From contig CM000434.1 of NCBI GenBank assembly GCA_000165345.1, forward strand, positions 928,001 through 992,000: a stretch of 64,000 bases of DNA. Reading direction: 5' to 3'. Under the pieces are notes generated by a model, which saw only the letters and a list, made by a program, of their open reading frames with translations, ran no database searches and was not told where the DNA came from. Below, in pieces: positions 31,001 to 41,600 of this stretch (position 1 is the stretch's first letter; each line of letters begins with the position of its first letter). Made by a program: the position numbers and the translations under genes.

Positions 31001-33159
31001 GTTGTACTACCACTACTAGATCAGGAAGATTTGTATCCCTTAAATATGGCTATGATGATATTCTAATGAGTGATGATGATGCAATTTTAGGTGCTGATCA
31101 AGAGTATGTAGGGGGAAGAAAGGGAAGAGGAAAGAGTTCAAAGTATGGTTCAGGAGCTGTTGGAGGAGGATCTTCATCTGGAGAGGATGAGCATGGTATA
31201 GTTTCAGGATCAGTTTCTAACAATAATAGATATGCAAAGACTTATTTGACAAGTAGTAGAGGTAGTAGAAGAGGAGGTAATGGAGCATATTCATCAGGGA
31301 ATAATACTGGTACTGGAGGAATGAGTGTATATAGAACAAGAGGTTCAGGATTATCACTTTCAGATAATTATGATTCTTTGGGAGGCGGTATATCAATTTC
31401 CACAAATGTTCCTATATTTGTATTACAAAAAGATGATCCAAATAAGAAGAGCAACTCTCTTGTTGGATTATATGCAGAATGGGTTGATAAGAATACTATT
31501 TGGGATGTTAGAAAGGGACCTTTTAAGACGGTTTTTGTTTCCGAGAGTATTAAAGATTTGGATTATACATCAGATAAGAGGGGAACTTTAAAATTTACAA
31601 CTAATAACTACTTGAAATGGGATCCTTCTCATCTGATCACAGATTTAAGAGGGATTCATATTCCTCTTTCTTTAGCAGGCAAGTACTTTGGACTTCTTAA
31701 GAATGAAAGAACTAAAGGGGATAAAGAAGATGTGAGAAGTAAAGTAGATAAGATTACAGATCAAACTTGTGCTATTTCTACTGTTACAAATAATGATCAA
31801 GTTGGTATTAACAAAGAAGAGCAATCATCTTATTTAGATTCAAATATTGAAGCAGGAAATAAATCAGCTCCAATTACTATTAAAGGTAACCATGTTCCAA
31901 ATGCTAATCAGATTAGATTTATATCTAATGATGGGAGTTTTAAAAGCCAGCAATTATTTAATAATAATATAGTAGGAGGAGAAAAACTTAATAATGAGAA
32001 CCAGGAAGAGCTTGAGAGCAAGTTATTGGAGAGTAAACTATTAGAATTGGAAGCTGTTGATTCAGTTTTAGTATCAACAATTCAAACAACAGCAGCTTTA
32101 GAGCAAAGAAAAAAGCGTGAAAATAAGAATTCTTGTATATCAGTACCAACTGGATCATTCTTAATTAGAGCTTTTTATAGTAATAATGGCGTAAATAATA
32201 ATAATGGTAATCATTCAGATAGTACAAATGAAGATGAAAATAGTTCAGTAAATGGAGGACATTCTGGAAATGGAATTGAACATACAAATCACCTAATTAT
32301 TTTTAATAATGAGGAGCTTGAAGAATACAAACATCTTGTATTGAGGTTTATGCATCAACAAAATGGAAATGATGATTATCATTTAATTGAAAATTATAAC
32401 AATACAAATAATATAAAGAATGATGAAGTGGTTTCAGAAGCTGTTGTTAAATCACAAGAGATAATGGATTCTGTGAATACTACTGAAGGAATAAATGATC
32501 ATCAATCAAAGAATTCAGTTTCTCAAACAATAACAACAGGATCAGGAAGAATTCCTTCAAGAGGAATTAAAAGAAGAGGGTCATTGAAGAATCAGACAGA
32601 TATTACTATGAATGGAGGAGGAATCGAAGGTAATTCAACAACTGTTTTAGAGGGAGGTAGTACTTGTAGAAACACTACTGATGATCATTCATCTTCAATG
32701 ACAATATCAGGTACAAATATTAATTCAAATTCAGGTAGTAGCTCATCATTAACAACAGCTTTGAATGGTGGAGGAGTGTTAGGACAGCATTCTTCTTCTA
32801 ATAATAATAATAATCATAATAATAGCGGCAATGGAATTTCTTCATCATATGGAGGAGTTGTTAATGACGATACGGTCTCCTCAGGAGGAGCAATTGCAGT
32901 ATCTGCAATGTTAGAGGGACTAATTACCTCAGTTAGAGGAAGCTCAGGAGACAAATATAGACAGCAGCAACTGATGCAAGCATATCCCCAGAATAGATTT
33001 GTATCTAAAAAGAAATGCAGAGAGACAAACGAAATCTTGGCAAAGTATGTTAATGATTTAGCCAGTGAGTATTGTCATCGCAATTTTGGGTCAAGCAACT
33101 TGGCTGATGGTTATATTAATGCTTTCAATAGTCATGTTTTGAAGAATTTTAATAAATAA
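28063..33159 (+). CDS. Very large (1698 aa) Gln/Gly/Ser/Asn-rich low-complexity protein with polyQ tracts, a (PGV)12 repeat and Gly-rich regions; probably nuclear or regulatory, function unknown
   Basis: Single uninterrupted ORF. Long polyQ (CAA/CAG) at about 28641-28830, twelve perfect PGV nonamers at 29724-29831, and scattered non-repetitive islands (e.g. SGIRLRLEWDRRRYCFKFTVYQIEEVRDSLGYQKKRLIPIDQDE) that might be globular domains. Confidence 0.65.
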   Translation: MEEQERNGPAINGDQSVSRPYAAISVSAMPQNQNRPLQSFVPVPEGESNDLNIREVQTSTNTSMAEDNAQLLPINHSFSKHTDSIPAVSKLNTTVSINNSNSATNTNANPISFKSNIASGNIEPSGNSNNCSGNTQNGTLNLDLYQAAQQIQTGNQAKPIIAGLGNTNGSLNTPLQFTAEQIHQQQLMLLNAIQQQHIKQQQQQQQQQQQQQQQQQQQQQQQHIKQQQQQQQQQQQQQQQQQQQQQQQQQQQQQQQAQNPSQLHAQLHAQQIFNTMIPQHAQINPMIFQNPILMNALQSGGTNPMGVPSQQVVGQPHSPHPMGLQPFPMHSILLPTLLQAQIQAQMRQTSSNQSVPSSISVENSSIAKGVSQGIGKLPADSHEAKSTNNENIAPSGDENNANDSKAEETITNNLISSTLATEEKKGGDDNDATSQGIGISSAPSQVANDSNGIVENSQPAKTKEESKETTGLSSQENTQLTELKSNIDKADSNAITGPVQQMDSNSVKTSPSLVPNSGGNQLTTPLLNQSQQQAQHAALIQGGLLPGLGIPMTQPGVPGVPGVPGVPGVPGVPGVPGVPGVPGVPGVPGSQGGLVNPFLMMQRMSAANPMLLAFNPQLAAAAAATAATSTGSGGQAQIPAQPQNMPPIVPPTPQGVAQQLSQMMGFMGGGGGSGGIEGFHQFFPGLNMGGEYIGGLLPGALAAAGLNIGGGINSANAGVGGGNNNAGFNGMVPGIIGSGIGGGCLLENDLERLHSHAESLVKTLLDTSVPKSGIRLRLEWDRRRYCFKFTVYQIEEVRDSLGYQKKRLIPIDQDELFVNVNASKQLSIDNVEKAMWSAFVSVRHTLAKYCDRQAGQRRQSGAGLTSTASGRNLGSNSLVKLDESGLISGISGKVNKSLKKDEQLHGGLLDGKKYIPGSVGGGLISDLPGIGAGAAGLGGRTYKSDPYSNNVGGIGSAGGVSMGGNSSIGTRGRRGYGSGSCTTTTRSGRFVSLKYGYDDILMSDDDAILGADQEYVGGRKGRGKSSKYGSGAVGGGSSSGEDEHGIVSGSVSNNNRYAKTYLTSSRGSRRGGNGAYSSGNNTGTGGMSVYRTRGSGLSLSDNYDSLGGGISISTNVPIFVLQKDDPNKKSNSLVGLYAEWVDKNTIWDVRKGPFKTVFVSESIKDLDYTSDKRGTLKFTTNNYLKWDPSHLITDLRGIHIPLSLAGKYFGLLKNERTKGDKEDVRSKVDKITDQTCAISTVTNNDQVGINKEEQSSYLDSNIEAGNKSAPITIKGNHVPNANQIRFISNDGSFKSQQLFNNNIVGGEKLNNENQEELESKLLESKLLELEAVDSVLVSTIQTTAALEQRKKRENKNSCISVPTGSFLIRAFYSNNGVNNNNGNHSDSTNEDENSSVNGGHSGNGIEHTNHLIIFNNEELEEYKHLVLRFMHQQNGNDDYHLIENYNNTNNIKNDEVVSEAVVKSQEIMDSVNTTEGINDHQSKNSVSQTITTGSGRIPSRGIKRRGSLKNQTDITMNGGGIEGNSTTVLEGGSTCRNTTDDHSSSMTISGTNINSNSGSSSSLTTALNGGGVLGQHSSSNNNNNHNNSGNGISSSYGGVVNDDTVSSGGAIAVSAMLEGLITSVRGSSGDKYRQQQLMQAYPQNRFVSKKKCRETNEILAKYVNDLASEYCHRNFGSSNLADGYINAFNSHVLKNFNK
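28641..28830 (+). repeat. CAA/CAG trinucleotide repeat (polyglutamine coding), two blocks separated by catattaag
   Basis: Seen directly; the reverse complement gives the spurious poly-Leu ORF 28630..28836. Confidence 0.95.
29724..29831 (+). repeat. 12 tandem copies of the nonamer ccaggYgtt encoding (PGV)12
   Basis: ccaggcgtt ccaggtgtt x7 ccaggcgtt x3 ..., perfect 9-bp periodicity with only a C/T wobble. Confidence 0.95.
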
Positions 33160-33529
33160 GGATTTGGAGATTTTCAATCCTCACTATATAAGTAAAGTAA
33201 ATATTATGACAATTCAAAACTTTTAGAAAAGATCCAATTTTATATGTCTAAAAGGCCTATTATTAATAAGATGATGATACCGATTATGATTAATAATTAT
33301 TATAATATCCTTTAATATCATACATATCTTATTTATAGTGAAGATATATAATTCAGGCTATGAGAAAAAAAAGTAAAGTCAAGTAGATCTGAAAATAGAA
33401 AAATTAATAAAGTTTTATGATTATAAACTTTTTCTTTTTATTTCTTTTAAAAAAATATAAATTAGAGCGAAGATCATTGCTCCAATTTTTTAAATCTTTT
33501 GCTTTCTACTTATAAATTTCTGACACGTT

Positions 33530-33601
33530 GGGCGCCAAGCTGCATGAAAAAAACATGCTGCCGCCTAATTAGTGTTAGTTTGTATAGTTAGGCGCCAATG
33601 G
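33530..33601. promoter_or_regulatory. Motif cluster upstream of the 34049 gene: GGGCGCCAAG, TGCATG (x2), GCCGCC, GGCGCCAATGG
   Basis: gttgggcgccaagctgcatg at 33527-33546, catgctgccgcc at 33554-33565, taggcgccaatgg at 33589-33601, about 450-520 bp upstream of the ATG at 34049. Confidence 0.45.
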
Positions 33602-34048
33602 TGAAATATTATATGCTTGTAATTTTAATTTAGTTGAGGGGTTTAGAGCTGGATGAGAAGAGGGATTTGGTATATTTGGGCTGGGAAGAGAGGAAGTGTG
33701 GAATTTTTGGCGGGAAAGTCTATTAAAAGATATATAAATTTTAAAGGTACCGGTAATCAAAGCGATCAAAAAAAAAAATTTGTAACCAAAATATTTGGAG
33801 TAATTGGCATAGAGCAGAGTATGTTTTAGTACTTATTTGTTGAGTAGTATATGGAAATTTGTTTAATTGCAAGTATAAGATCCAGAAAAAAAAAACTGGA
33901 TGGGAAGACCCTGAAATCAAACTTAAGTCAAGTCTGAACCAAACTTGGACTAAAATATTATTTTGAAAAAAGAAATCTCTAAATAATATTAGTTGAAAGG
34001 AAAGAAATAGTTGTGAATTTTAGAGGATTTAGTATTTGAAGGTTTATA

Positions 34049-34522
34049 ATGTCAGAAAAGTACTGGAGTCGTCTACTTTTGGACGTTGCAACAAATGTTA
34101 GATCAATGCACGATGGAGTAAGCAGAATGCCATTTAATTATAGAGAAAATCAAAAGTATCCAGAATATTTGGATGATATTGGAGCTCTCTGTGCATGTAT
34201 TCGAGTCTTTCAAGATTCTCTCTCTCCTATTTCTCAGCATCTTGCATTACATCCATATGAGAAGATTTACAAAGACCCTATATCTATGCCTGACCTACTT
34301 ACAACAAGTATATCAGACCAGATGAGAGAAGAAATTAAAGCTTCAGAATCGATCGTAGAGGAACTTAAAGGTACTGATGATTTTGATCAGATGTTCTTTA
34401 AAGATATGGATAGAAGCCAAATATGCAACAGAATTAATGAATTCAATAATTCAATTATCAATATTTCTCAGACAATTTCTGACTTGGATTTACTGCAATT
34501 CAATGATAACACTAAAGCCTAA
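34049..34522 (+). CDS. Hypothetical small protein (157 aa)
   Basis: Isolated ORF with non-repetitive composition, flanked by a promoter-motif cluster upstream. No recognised motif. Confidence 0.4.
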   Translation: MSEKYWSRLLLDVATNVRSMHDGVSRMPFNYRENQKYPEYLDDIGALCACIRVFQDSLSPISQHLALHPYEKIYKDPISMPDLLTTSISDQMREEIKASESIVEELKGTDDFDQMFFKDMDRSQICNRINEFNNSIINISQTISDLDLLQFNDNTKA

Positions 34523-34814
34523 AGTCAATAAGTTCTCGTGATCACTATCAATCTACTTGAAGTTGTGAGAAACTAAGTTATTTTTAGATTTGCAAAGGTA
34601 ACAAACAATACACTAACAAGTTAATGATTAACATTTATATATAACTTCCATCTATTAATTGACTAATTATAGCTTATAATTGAAATTAATAATTATTAAT
34701 ACCTCCTTCTTTTTTCTTAAAGTTAAAAAATAATAATATTAAAAAGAAATAAGATTCACTTTTTTATCTTCTTCCAATGTTTTATTGGTTCTTCTGGAAT
34801 TCACTCATATTAAG

Positions 34815-35711
34815 CTAAATATTAAGCTTCAAAACTCCTCCTTTGCTTTGGACATTATTAACTCCAGAACCATCATCATCAAAAGTAGTTGTAATTAAAT
34901 CGACTTTTTCTTCATGTATTAAATTCATATCAACAGTATGATCATTAGCATCCCCCTCAGCATTTGCTAAACTAACCTTCTCTCCAGGTTTGAACGCTGG
35001 CATTCCCTTATAGGGACATCCAGAACATCTGAAAGCATCACCTAAGTAACAATTGCCACAACTTGAGCGAGCTGTACCTGTCTCAACTTTCTCCTGATAT
35101 ACCTTTCTTGCAGCTTCAACTCCAATTTCCTTCTCAAGATCAGCTCTTCCACAATTACAGTTGTTACAGGCTCTTTCTTTTGACTTACAACTTTCTTTTC
35201 CTTGTCCAAGAGGAACATAATTCTTGATATCTGGTACAGAACCCTCTAAGTCAATATCATCAACAAGTACTTTACCTTCTTCAGGTTTCCAACTGGGCTT
35301 TTCAGCTTTAATAACTATCTCAAAATCACTATCAGATGAATTTAATCCATCACCCTTCAATTTTTTTACCTTAATAAACCCAGAAAATAACAAATTCCTT
35401 TCAAAGGCTTTAACTTTATCAATAGAGTCTAGAGCCAATATATTCACTTTTAAAACTGATCCAAAATCCAACACCCCATAAAACTCTTTCAAAAATTCAA
35501 ATGTAAAGATTTCACCCAAAATTGATCCTGATGATAAATAAATGGATACAATTCTAAATTCTCCCTTCTTTACAATAGCTCTTAAATCAGATAAGGATGA
35601 AAACTTTCCAAATTTATCCTCTTCCTTCTTAATTCTATTCAGCTCTGACAAAAATACCTCACTCTCCTCTAATTTACTATCACTTTGATGAGTAATTATT
35701 AACTGAGTCAT
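34815..35711 (-). CDS. Anamorsin / Dre2 (CIAPIN1-family Fe-S cluster assembly protein)
   Basis: C-terminal twin cysteine motifs characteristic of the CIAPIN1 domain: [19 protein letters not shown] and [33 protein letters not shown]. The N-terminal methyltransferase-like fold region is also present. Confidence 0.8.
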   Translation of the reverse strand: MTQLIITHQSDSKLEESEVFLSELNRIKKEEDKFGKFSSLSDLRAIVKKGEFRIVSIYLSSGSILGEIFTFEFLKEFYGVLDFGSVLKVNILALDSIDKVKAFERNLLFSGFIKVKKLKGDGLNSSDSDFEIVIKAEKPSWKPEEGKVLVDDIDLEGSVPDIKNYVPLGQGKESCKSKERACNNCNCGRADLEKEIGVEAARKVYQEKVETGTARSSCGNCYLGDAFRCSGCPYKGMPAFKPGEKVSLANAEGDANDHTVDMNLIHEEKVDLITTTFDDDGSGVNNVQSKGGVLKLNI

Positions 35712-35810
35712 ACCAACAAATCCAGCAATATTTCTCTTAAAATGTTATTTTCTTCCTTTAACAATTTTATATTAATTTATTTCCTCGAAATTTACTTTGA
35801 ATTAGAAATT

Positions 35811-35900
35811 TTGGCGCCTTTTGACTTTTTTAAACCAATTAAAAATTTTTACATAGCATGACCGGTATTGCAAGAAAAAATGTGCATGCAACACGTAATA
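35811..35900. promoter_or_regulatory. Anamorsin upstream region: TTGGCGCC box, ATGACCGGTATTGCAAG, and the 17-mer GCATGCAACACGTAATA
   Basis: ttggcgcc at 35811-35818, catgaccggtattgcaag at 35858-35875, gcatgcaacacgtaata at 35884-35900. The last is identical to 38321-38337 upstream of Ndc80. Confidence 0.55.
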
Positions 35901-35977
35901 GATGAAAAATATGATAAAACTTCTTTTTTAATAATAAATGTGGGGCAGGGTAAAGGAAGTATGTTTTGAATGAAAAT

Positions 35978-38068
35978 TTACTTTTTCCATTTTTCAACTT
36001 CAATTAACTTAGAATTATTCCTCAGTTTTACTTGATTTTTCAAATTAGAAATCGAATTAAGTGAATTTGAAAGATTTTGGATAATATACTCTTTAAGTTT
36101 AAAAATTGCCTCAGCATCTGACTGAATAACTTGTTTGCATTGAATAATTTCATTTCTAGAATGGCTTTCTTGAAGATTGCTTTGTTGTTCAAGTTGAATA
36201 ATACGACTCTTTGCCTTCTCCAACCTTTTTAGAGCTTCATCTTTGTTACGTTCAAACTCTGCCTTATAACTCTTTACTTTTTCTTGAATTTGTTCTAATT
36301 GCCTCATCTCCCTTTTGTCACAGACTGATAAATCTCCATCCAAATTTTTGATCTTTTTCTCCAAAGCATCACATGCCTGTTTCTTTTGAATTATAGTATC
36401 TTTTGTACTCTTCATTATTTCACTGAATTGTACTTCTTGAGTTTTCAGTTTTCTCTTCCACATTTCAACTTCAACAATACATCTTTTGCAACTATGTTTC
36501 ATGTTACTCCAATTCTGTCCAATGATTCCATCGACTCCTTGAGATTTATCATTGCTTCCAGAATATGAAATATTTAAAGATAAAGGTTGAAGCAAATTGA
36601 ATGAACAAACTTCATTAGTTCTTATATCATTTGAGGTAATATTTGTAATTTCTTGATATATACTATTCCAAGCTCGACTTAAATTATATAAATTAGTTGA
36701 ATGTTCCTCAATAGATAATTCAATCTCCCAGTTTTCCTTTTCAGTATTTTCTCTTTCTGTCCTTAAATTACGTATTGTTTGTCTTTTGACTTTCATATCC
36801 TGATAAACTCTTGAAACATCATCCCTTTGTATTCCTTGATTGGCAATTCTCTTTTGAAGCTTTTCAATTTCATCCTCGATATCTCTCAACTCCTTCTTTT
36901 TTATGTTCAAAATATTTTCAGTATCATTACAAGAATTTTCCATTTGTCGAATAGAATTTTGACATTGACCAACAGCATGTTCCATTTTTAACAAATCCTG
37001 AGAAAGCGTGTGATTTCTTTGGAGCAATAACTCTCCTTCCTGTAATTCGTGATTGATTTTTTGGATTTCCATATTCATCTGTTCAAGTTCATGCTTTTTC
37101 TTCTCTAAAGCCTGTTGAGCCTGGTTCTTCCTTTCTCTGCAATAAGCTTCCAAAGTCTCATTTAGTAATCCTCCATCATTCTGACCATTCAGAAATAACT
37201 TATAACTCTCACTTAACCTTCTATTCAATGTTTGAGATAACAATTTTGACGAATCTAAATTATTGTTATTTCCTTCAAAATTTGGAAAACCATTCGCAAC
37301 ATTTGAATTTGCATGCTGAAAAATATTAGACAAAGTACTTGTTAGAGATGTATCTGCCATATAACCACCAAATTCTCCATCTTTGCTATAATTCAAATGT
37401 GGGAAGACAGCTTGTTCATAATCTAATAACTCGCAGAGCCATGTCATTGCTGCAATGTGTTGTGGCCAAGTATTTGGAGCTCCAGGTGCAATAATAGTTG
37501 TTTTATTAATAGTAATAGGATATCCTATATCTTTAAAGAACCTTGGAATCTCATCATCTGGCTTAGATATTTTTATTCTTGGATCATACTGGCTTATAAT
37601 AAATTGTAAAACTTCTAAATATAATGCTCTAGTTGGACTATTTAAAGTTTTTGGATTAATCTGATTTGGATATCCTCTCTTACTCAAAAATGTTAATATT
37701 GTCTTCAATCCTTCTCTTCTGCTATCTGAAATACTTCTCCCTTTTGATGATGACGCTGCTGCTGAGCTCATATTTCCAGTCATTGAAGATGTTCCTACTG
37801 CATTTGCTCCCCTTTGAGAATTTCCACCTCTAGATGATGAATATGCCCAAGCATTACTTGTATTATTTATATTATTACTATTGCCACCTTTCATTAATAA
37901 TGATGACGTGGCAAAATGTGTAGGTGATTGAGTCTTATTTTGCCCTATAGAAAACGATGTCATTACAACATCTTGGCTATTAAGATCTCCATTCTCTGAA
38001 TTATCTCTAAACCCTGTTGTTCTTCTCATTGAATTTTGGCCAAAAGGACGAAAAGCATTACTCGACAT
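35978..38068 (-). CDS. NDC80: Ndc80/HEC1 kinetochore protein (N-terminal calponin-homology domain plus long coiled coil)
   Basis: The CH-domain block RALYLEVLQFIISQYDPRIKISKPDDEIPRFFKDIGYPITINKTTIIAPGAPNTWPQHIAAMTWLCELLDY matches the Ndc80 signature (...PRIFKDLGYPF...GAPHTWP...). The remaining approximately 450 aa are coiled coil. Confidence 0.8.
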   Translation of the reverse strand: MSSNAFRPFGQNSMRRTTGFRDNSENGDLNSQDVVMTSFSIGQNKTQSPTHFATSSLLMKGGNSNNINNTSNAWAYSSSRGGNSQRGANAVGTSSMTGNMSSAAASSSKGRSISDSRREGLKTILTFLSKRGYPNQINPKTLNSPTRALYLEVLQFIISQYDPRIKISKPDDEIPRFFKDIGYPITINKTTIIAPGAPNTWPQHIAAMTWLCELLDYEQAVFPHLNYSKDGEFGGYMADTSLTSTLSNIFQHANSNVANGFPNFEGNNNNLDSSKLLSQTLNRRLSESYKLFLNGQNDGGLLNETLEAYCRERKNQAQQALEKKKHELEQMNMEIQKINHELQEGELLLQRNHTLSQDLLKMEHAVGQCQNSIRQMENSCNDTENILNIKKKELRDIEDEIEKLQKRIANQGIQRDDVSRVYQDMKVKRQTIRNLRTERENTEKENWEIELSIEEHSTNLYNLSRAWNSIYQEITNITSNDIRTNEVCSFNLLQPLSLNISYSGSNDKSQGVDGIIGQNWSNMKHSCKRCIVEVEMWKRKLKTQEVQFSEIMKSTKDTIIQKKQACDALEKKIKNLDGDLSVCDKREMRQLEQIQEKVKSYKAEFERNKDEALKRLEKAKSRIIQLEQQSNLQESHSRNEIIQCKQVIQSDAEAIFKLKEYIIQNLSNSLNSISNLKNQVKLRNNSKLIEVEKWKK

Positions 38069-38277
38069 TTTCTTCCCTCGCTACCAACATCAATTCCTTG
38101 CTTCTCAATCTTGTGTGTTCTTACTTGTTTTTATATCAAGAGAAGACTTACAAATCCAACAATTTATATATTATTCACTTGCTTTTGCTCAATTTAATTT
38201 CCTGCCACCTTATTCAGATTTTTCTCTTCAAATCACTGTTTTCATAAATACCCCTATAATATGTGGTTGTTTTCATT

Positions 38278-38337
38278 CCCGCCCAAAAATGTTGTGGGGT
38301 ATTTTCATTTATGCAAAGCTGCATGCAACACGTAATA
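38278..38337. promoter_or_regulatory. Ndc80 upstream region: CCCGCCCAAAAA E2F-like box plus the 17-mer GCATGCAACACGTAATA
   Basis: cccgccc at 38278-38284 and gcatgcaacacgtaata at 38321-38337, about 210-270 bp upstream of the minus-strand ATG at 38068. A further tttgcatgcaaag at 38576-38588 and ggcgggaaattt at 38617-38628 lie about 510-560 bp upstream. Confidence 0.55.
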
Positions 38338-38692
38338 TATTTGAGTATATGACCGCCAAGCATTTGTATAAGGCACATTTGTAAAAAAAAAAAAAGTTAG
38401 AACAGATAACTCAAATAATTATGAATAATAGGGTAGACACATTTTGAATAATTACTTAAAAATATCAATACAGTATTTTACCTTTCAAAACTAAACTAGG
38501 CTTAAATTAATTAATAAAATTGAAATTCAATCCATCTGCAAGAGCATTAATTTTATTATATAATATATATTTCATTTGCATGCAAAGCAAAATAACTAAA
38601 ATTGCATACAAAATCAGGCGGGAAATTTAGTGAATTAAAATGCACACAAATGATTATTGAGCTTTAATTGGCAAAAAATTGGGATTTTTTGT

Positions 38693-41600
38693 TTACCACA
38701 AGTCTACATCAATATCCAGATCAGTAAGTGCCACATTTGTATCATCAGCTTGGTTGGAAACCTCTTGTAAGAATGCTGGAGTTTGTACTTCTCCTTCATT
38801 CGCAAACCAGCTTGCCATTTCATCAAGTTTACTGGTTTTGACAGCATTCGCCTTTGGCGCCATATTTACTGTCAATTTTTGCTTTTGTAATGTAGGTCTG
38901 GATTCTGTTGTTCCTCGTTTAGGTTGGGAAACTGATTTCTTTTCTGATAGTTTAAGCTTGACTGTGCTTGCGCTCTTTTCTCTCTTTGCGAGATTTTCTT
39001 GCTTTTGTTTTAATCTTCGTTCTTCATCCAACTTTGTTTTACGTACGAGATCTACTGATGAAATGAAATTCCATAATACACGGAAATAATCTGGCCAAAC
39101 AATTCTTTGAATCGTATTTTGCGGTTCTCCCAAGTATAGTGCCATCTTTTCTAGATTTTCTTTAACACTTTTCATAGTTGCTACTAAATCTTCAATTCTA
39201 GGCTCAGTATCGGAAACAAAGTCTGCTAGAATCTTAGCAATGGGATCCTTTTCTCCCATAGGGCCGGCTCTCTCATTACTTTTCTGAGCTGATTTCATTG
39301 TATCTGTGACCTTATTTAAAGATCCATTCAGTGATTGAATTTCACCTTCAATAGCACCTAAATCGCATTTGGCTGCTTTCTCTACTAAAGCCAATGGCTC
39401 TGCCAAAGAAAGCAATTCTGGCTTATCTCTCCAAATAATCTCTGTGATATATTGAAGCAAAGTTTTAATAGGTTTAGTACTCGAACGAACTTCACATAAC
39501 TTTGATAGTGAACTCATTCTAAAACCTTTAGCTTCTCCCTTTTCTGTATTAAGATTCAAAACATTACCAACTGAAAGAATTATAGAAAATACTTTCTTAA
39601 GCTTTGAATTTGTCTTAATTTCGTTGCAAACTGTAATAATCTCTTGTAAAGGCGTCATTAATTCATTAAAGGAATTGTCAAACGAAAGAATAAACAGCTG
39701 AGCGTTCAAACGAGCGCCAAACATTGGAATACCAATCATTGCAGCTATAAATTGTTCAGGCTTATCCAACTGAGTCAAGTCACCTCCTGCATCAATATAC
39801 TCTTTTACGATTGCAAACTCTTCTGGAGTTGGGGTCATTAAAATCAAAGCTTCTGTAGCTTCTGTATCCAAAATCTTCTTATCAAGATCCAATATAGCAT
39901 CACGCAATTGTTGGAATGTATATGCACTGAACTTTGATAATGCAATACTTATATTGTATGCTCTCTTTGAGTCTGGTAAAATTTGCATGACCTTTGGCTT
40001 CTTTGTCGCCTCTGTCGCCTTCTTTGGTTTTGCTGATTCGATACCAAATACTTCCTCCAAATTTCCGAAATCCAACTTGATTGGTTCTTTAATATCCCAA
40101 ATTGTACCTTGAATATTCTCAACCTTATCCCAATGTAACTTCTTTGTCTTCGATTCTGGACCACTTGGCTTACTTCCTGTCTTTCCTCCAAATTTCCCTG
40201 CCTTTCCTTTTGGGGGTCCTTTTCCTGTTGGGGGTCCTTTCCCACCTGGTGGTCCTTTTCCCCCTGGAGGACCCTTTCCTCCTGGAGGTCCTTTCCCTTT
40301 CCCTGGTGGGCCCTTTCCTTTTGCTGGCGGCGTGCCCTTTGCCGGTGGCGCGCCCTTTGCCGGTGGCGCGCCCTTTGCTTCTGCTGGTTCTGCCTTTGGT
40401 TCTGTAGGAGCACCTTCTTTTGCTTGCGGTGGCGGAGATTTGTTAATAATGTTGTCCATTTTCCCAATACCATCCAGCAATCCAGATAATGCCTTTCCTG
40501 ACTTTACACCTGCTCCTACAATACCTGTGTATACCCCTCCATCCGAAGGTTTGTATTGAATCATTGAGCTAATAAGGGCGCCAACTCCGCTACCTTTAAG
40601 AAGTTCTATCACACCCTGTGAATCAGGAGAAGGAAGTCCCCATTTTGCTGATGCTGTAAGAGCAATTCTAGTTGAAGCGCATACAAATGGCTCAAGATCG
40701 ATCACATAAGGCAACTTTGTTACTACGTTACCCCCATCATCTAAAAATGAAATGCATGCAAGTCTTTCATTACCAGATTCTTCTACATCAGGTTTTGCTC
40801 CTTTAATCTTTGCTAAAATATCATCTGGAGGAAGTTGTTGATCGATACCTACTATCTGAGTCTGAGTTACTTTAACTTGTTTAGCCTCCTCCTTATCTTT
40901 ATTTCTTTGTCTAACTAAAGGAATCAATGCATTTGGAATCCATATTGATTCTTTGAAATAAGCCTTCATTTCTTCCTTACCTGCATAATCTACTAATGGC
41001 AAATAAAATGGTAAACCTGTACTCTCATCTTTTTCTATTTGAGTTAACAACTTCCCTTCTGGAGTTATACAAGGTTCTGGAATCTCCCATTTCTCCAAAA
41101 CTGTCTGAGCTTCTTCATTTATCATCATTGTCACTGACTGCTCTCCCATAACTGGGAATCCTCTTGTTAACTTTGGAATGTTTATTATAGGTAACTTCTT
41201 TCTTTCTGTCTTACTAAATGGAGGAAGAGAAAGCATTGTAGAAACTCCTAGATAGTCTGGACCTGTAATTCTTACTTTCAAGTGAGGTAAAATTGCTGTT
41301 GAACTCACTGTCATACTCTGAAATGACTCTCCATGTAGTGCTCTGATTCTTGAAGTGCATAAAAGTTGTTGAGTTTGGTTATTTGAAAATGGGGTACTTC
41401 TATTTAACCCTCTCAAATTCTTTGGATCAAATAAAAAAGTCTCCAATTGTCGATACCTTAATTGATCAATACTTGGACAAATTGGACTTGCTAATAATGG
41501 TGATTCCTCATACATTATTCTTGTTAATTTACTTGATTTTCCTAAGGTATCGGTAATTATTTCTTTTAAAGATCTCTCTGCTCTTGATTCTAGTGATTCT

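Noticed and set aside
33575-33769. Minus-strand 64-aa ORF overlapping the promoter-motif cluster upstream of the 34049 gene
   Set aside because: It lies across GC-box and TGCATG elements and has no coding-like composition. Treated as noncoding regulatory DNA.
39949-40559. ORFs 39949..40473 (-), 40102..40407 (+), 40332..40559 (+) and 43263..43619 (+) in the formin locus
   Set aside because: Off-frame or antisense products of the FH1 and N-terminal proline-repeat coding DNA. The in-frame formin ORF spans the whole region.
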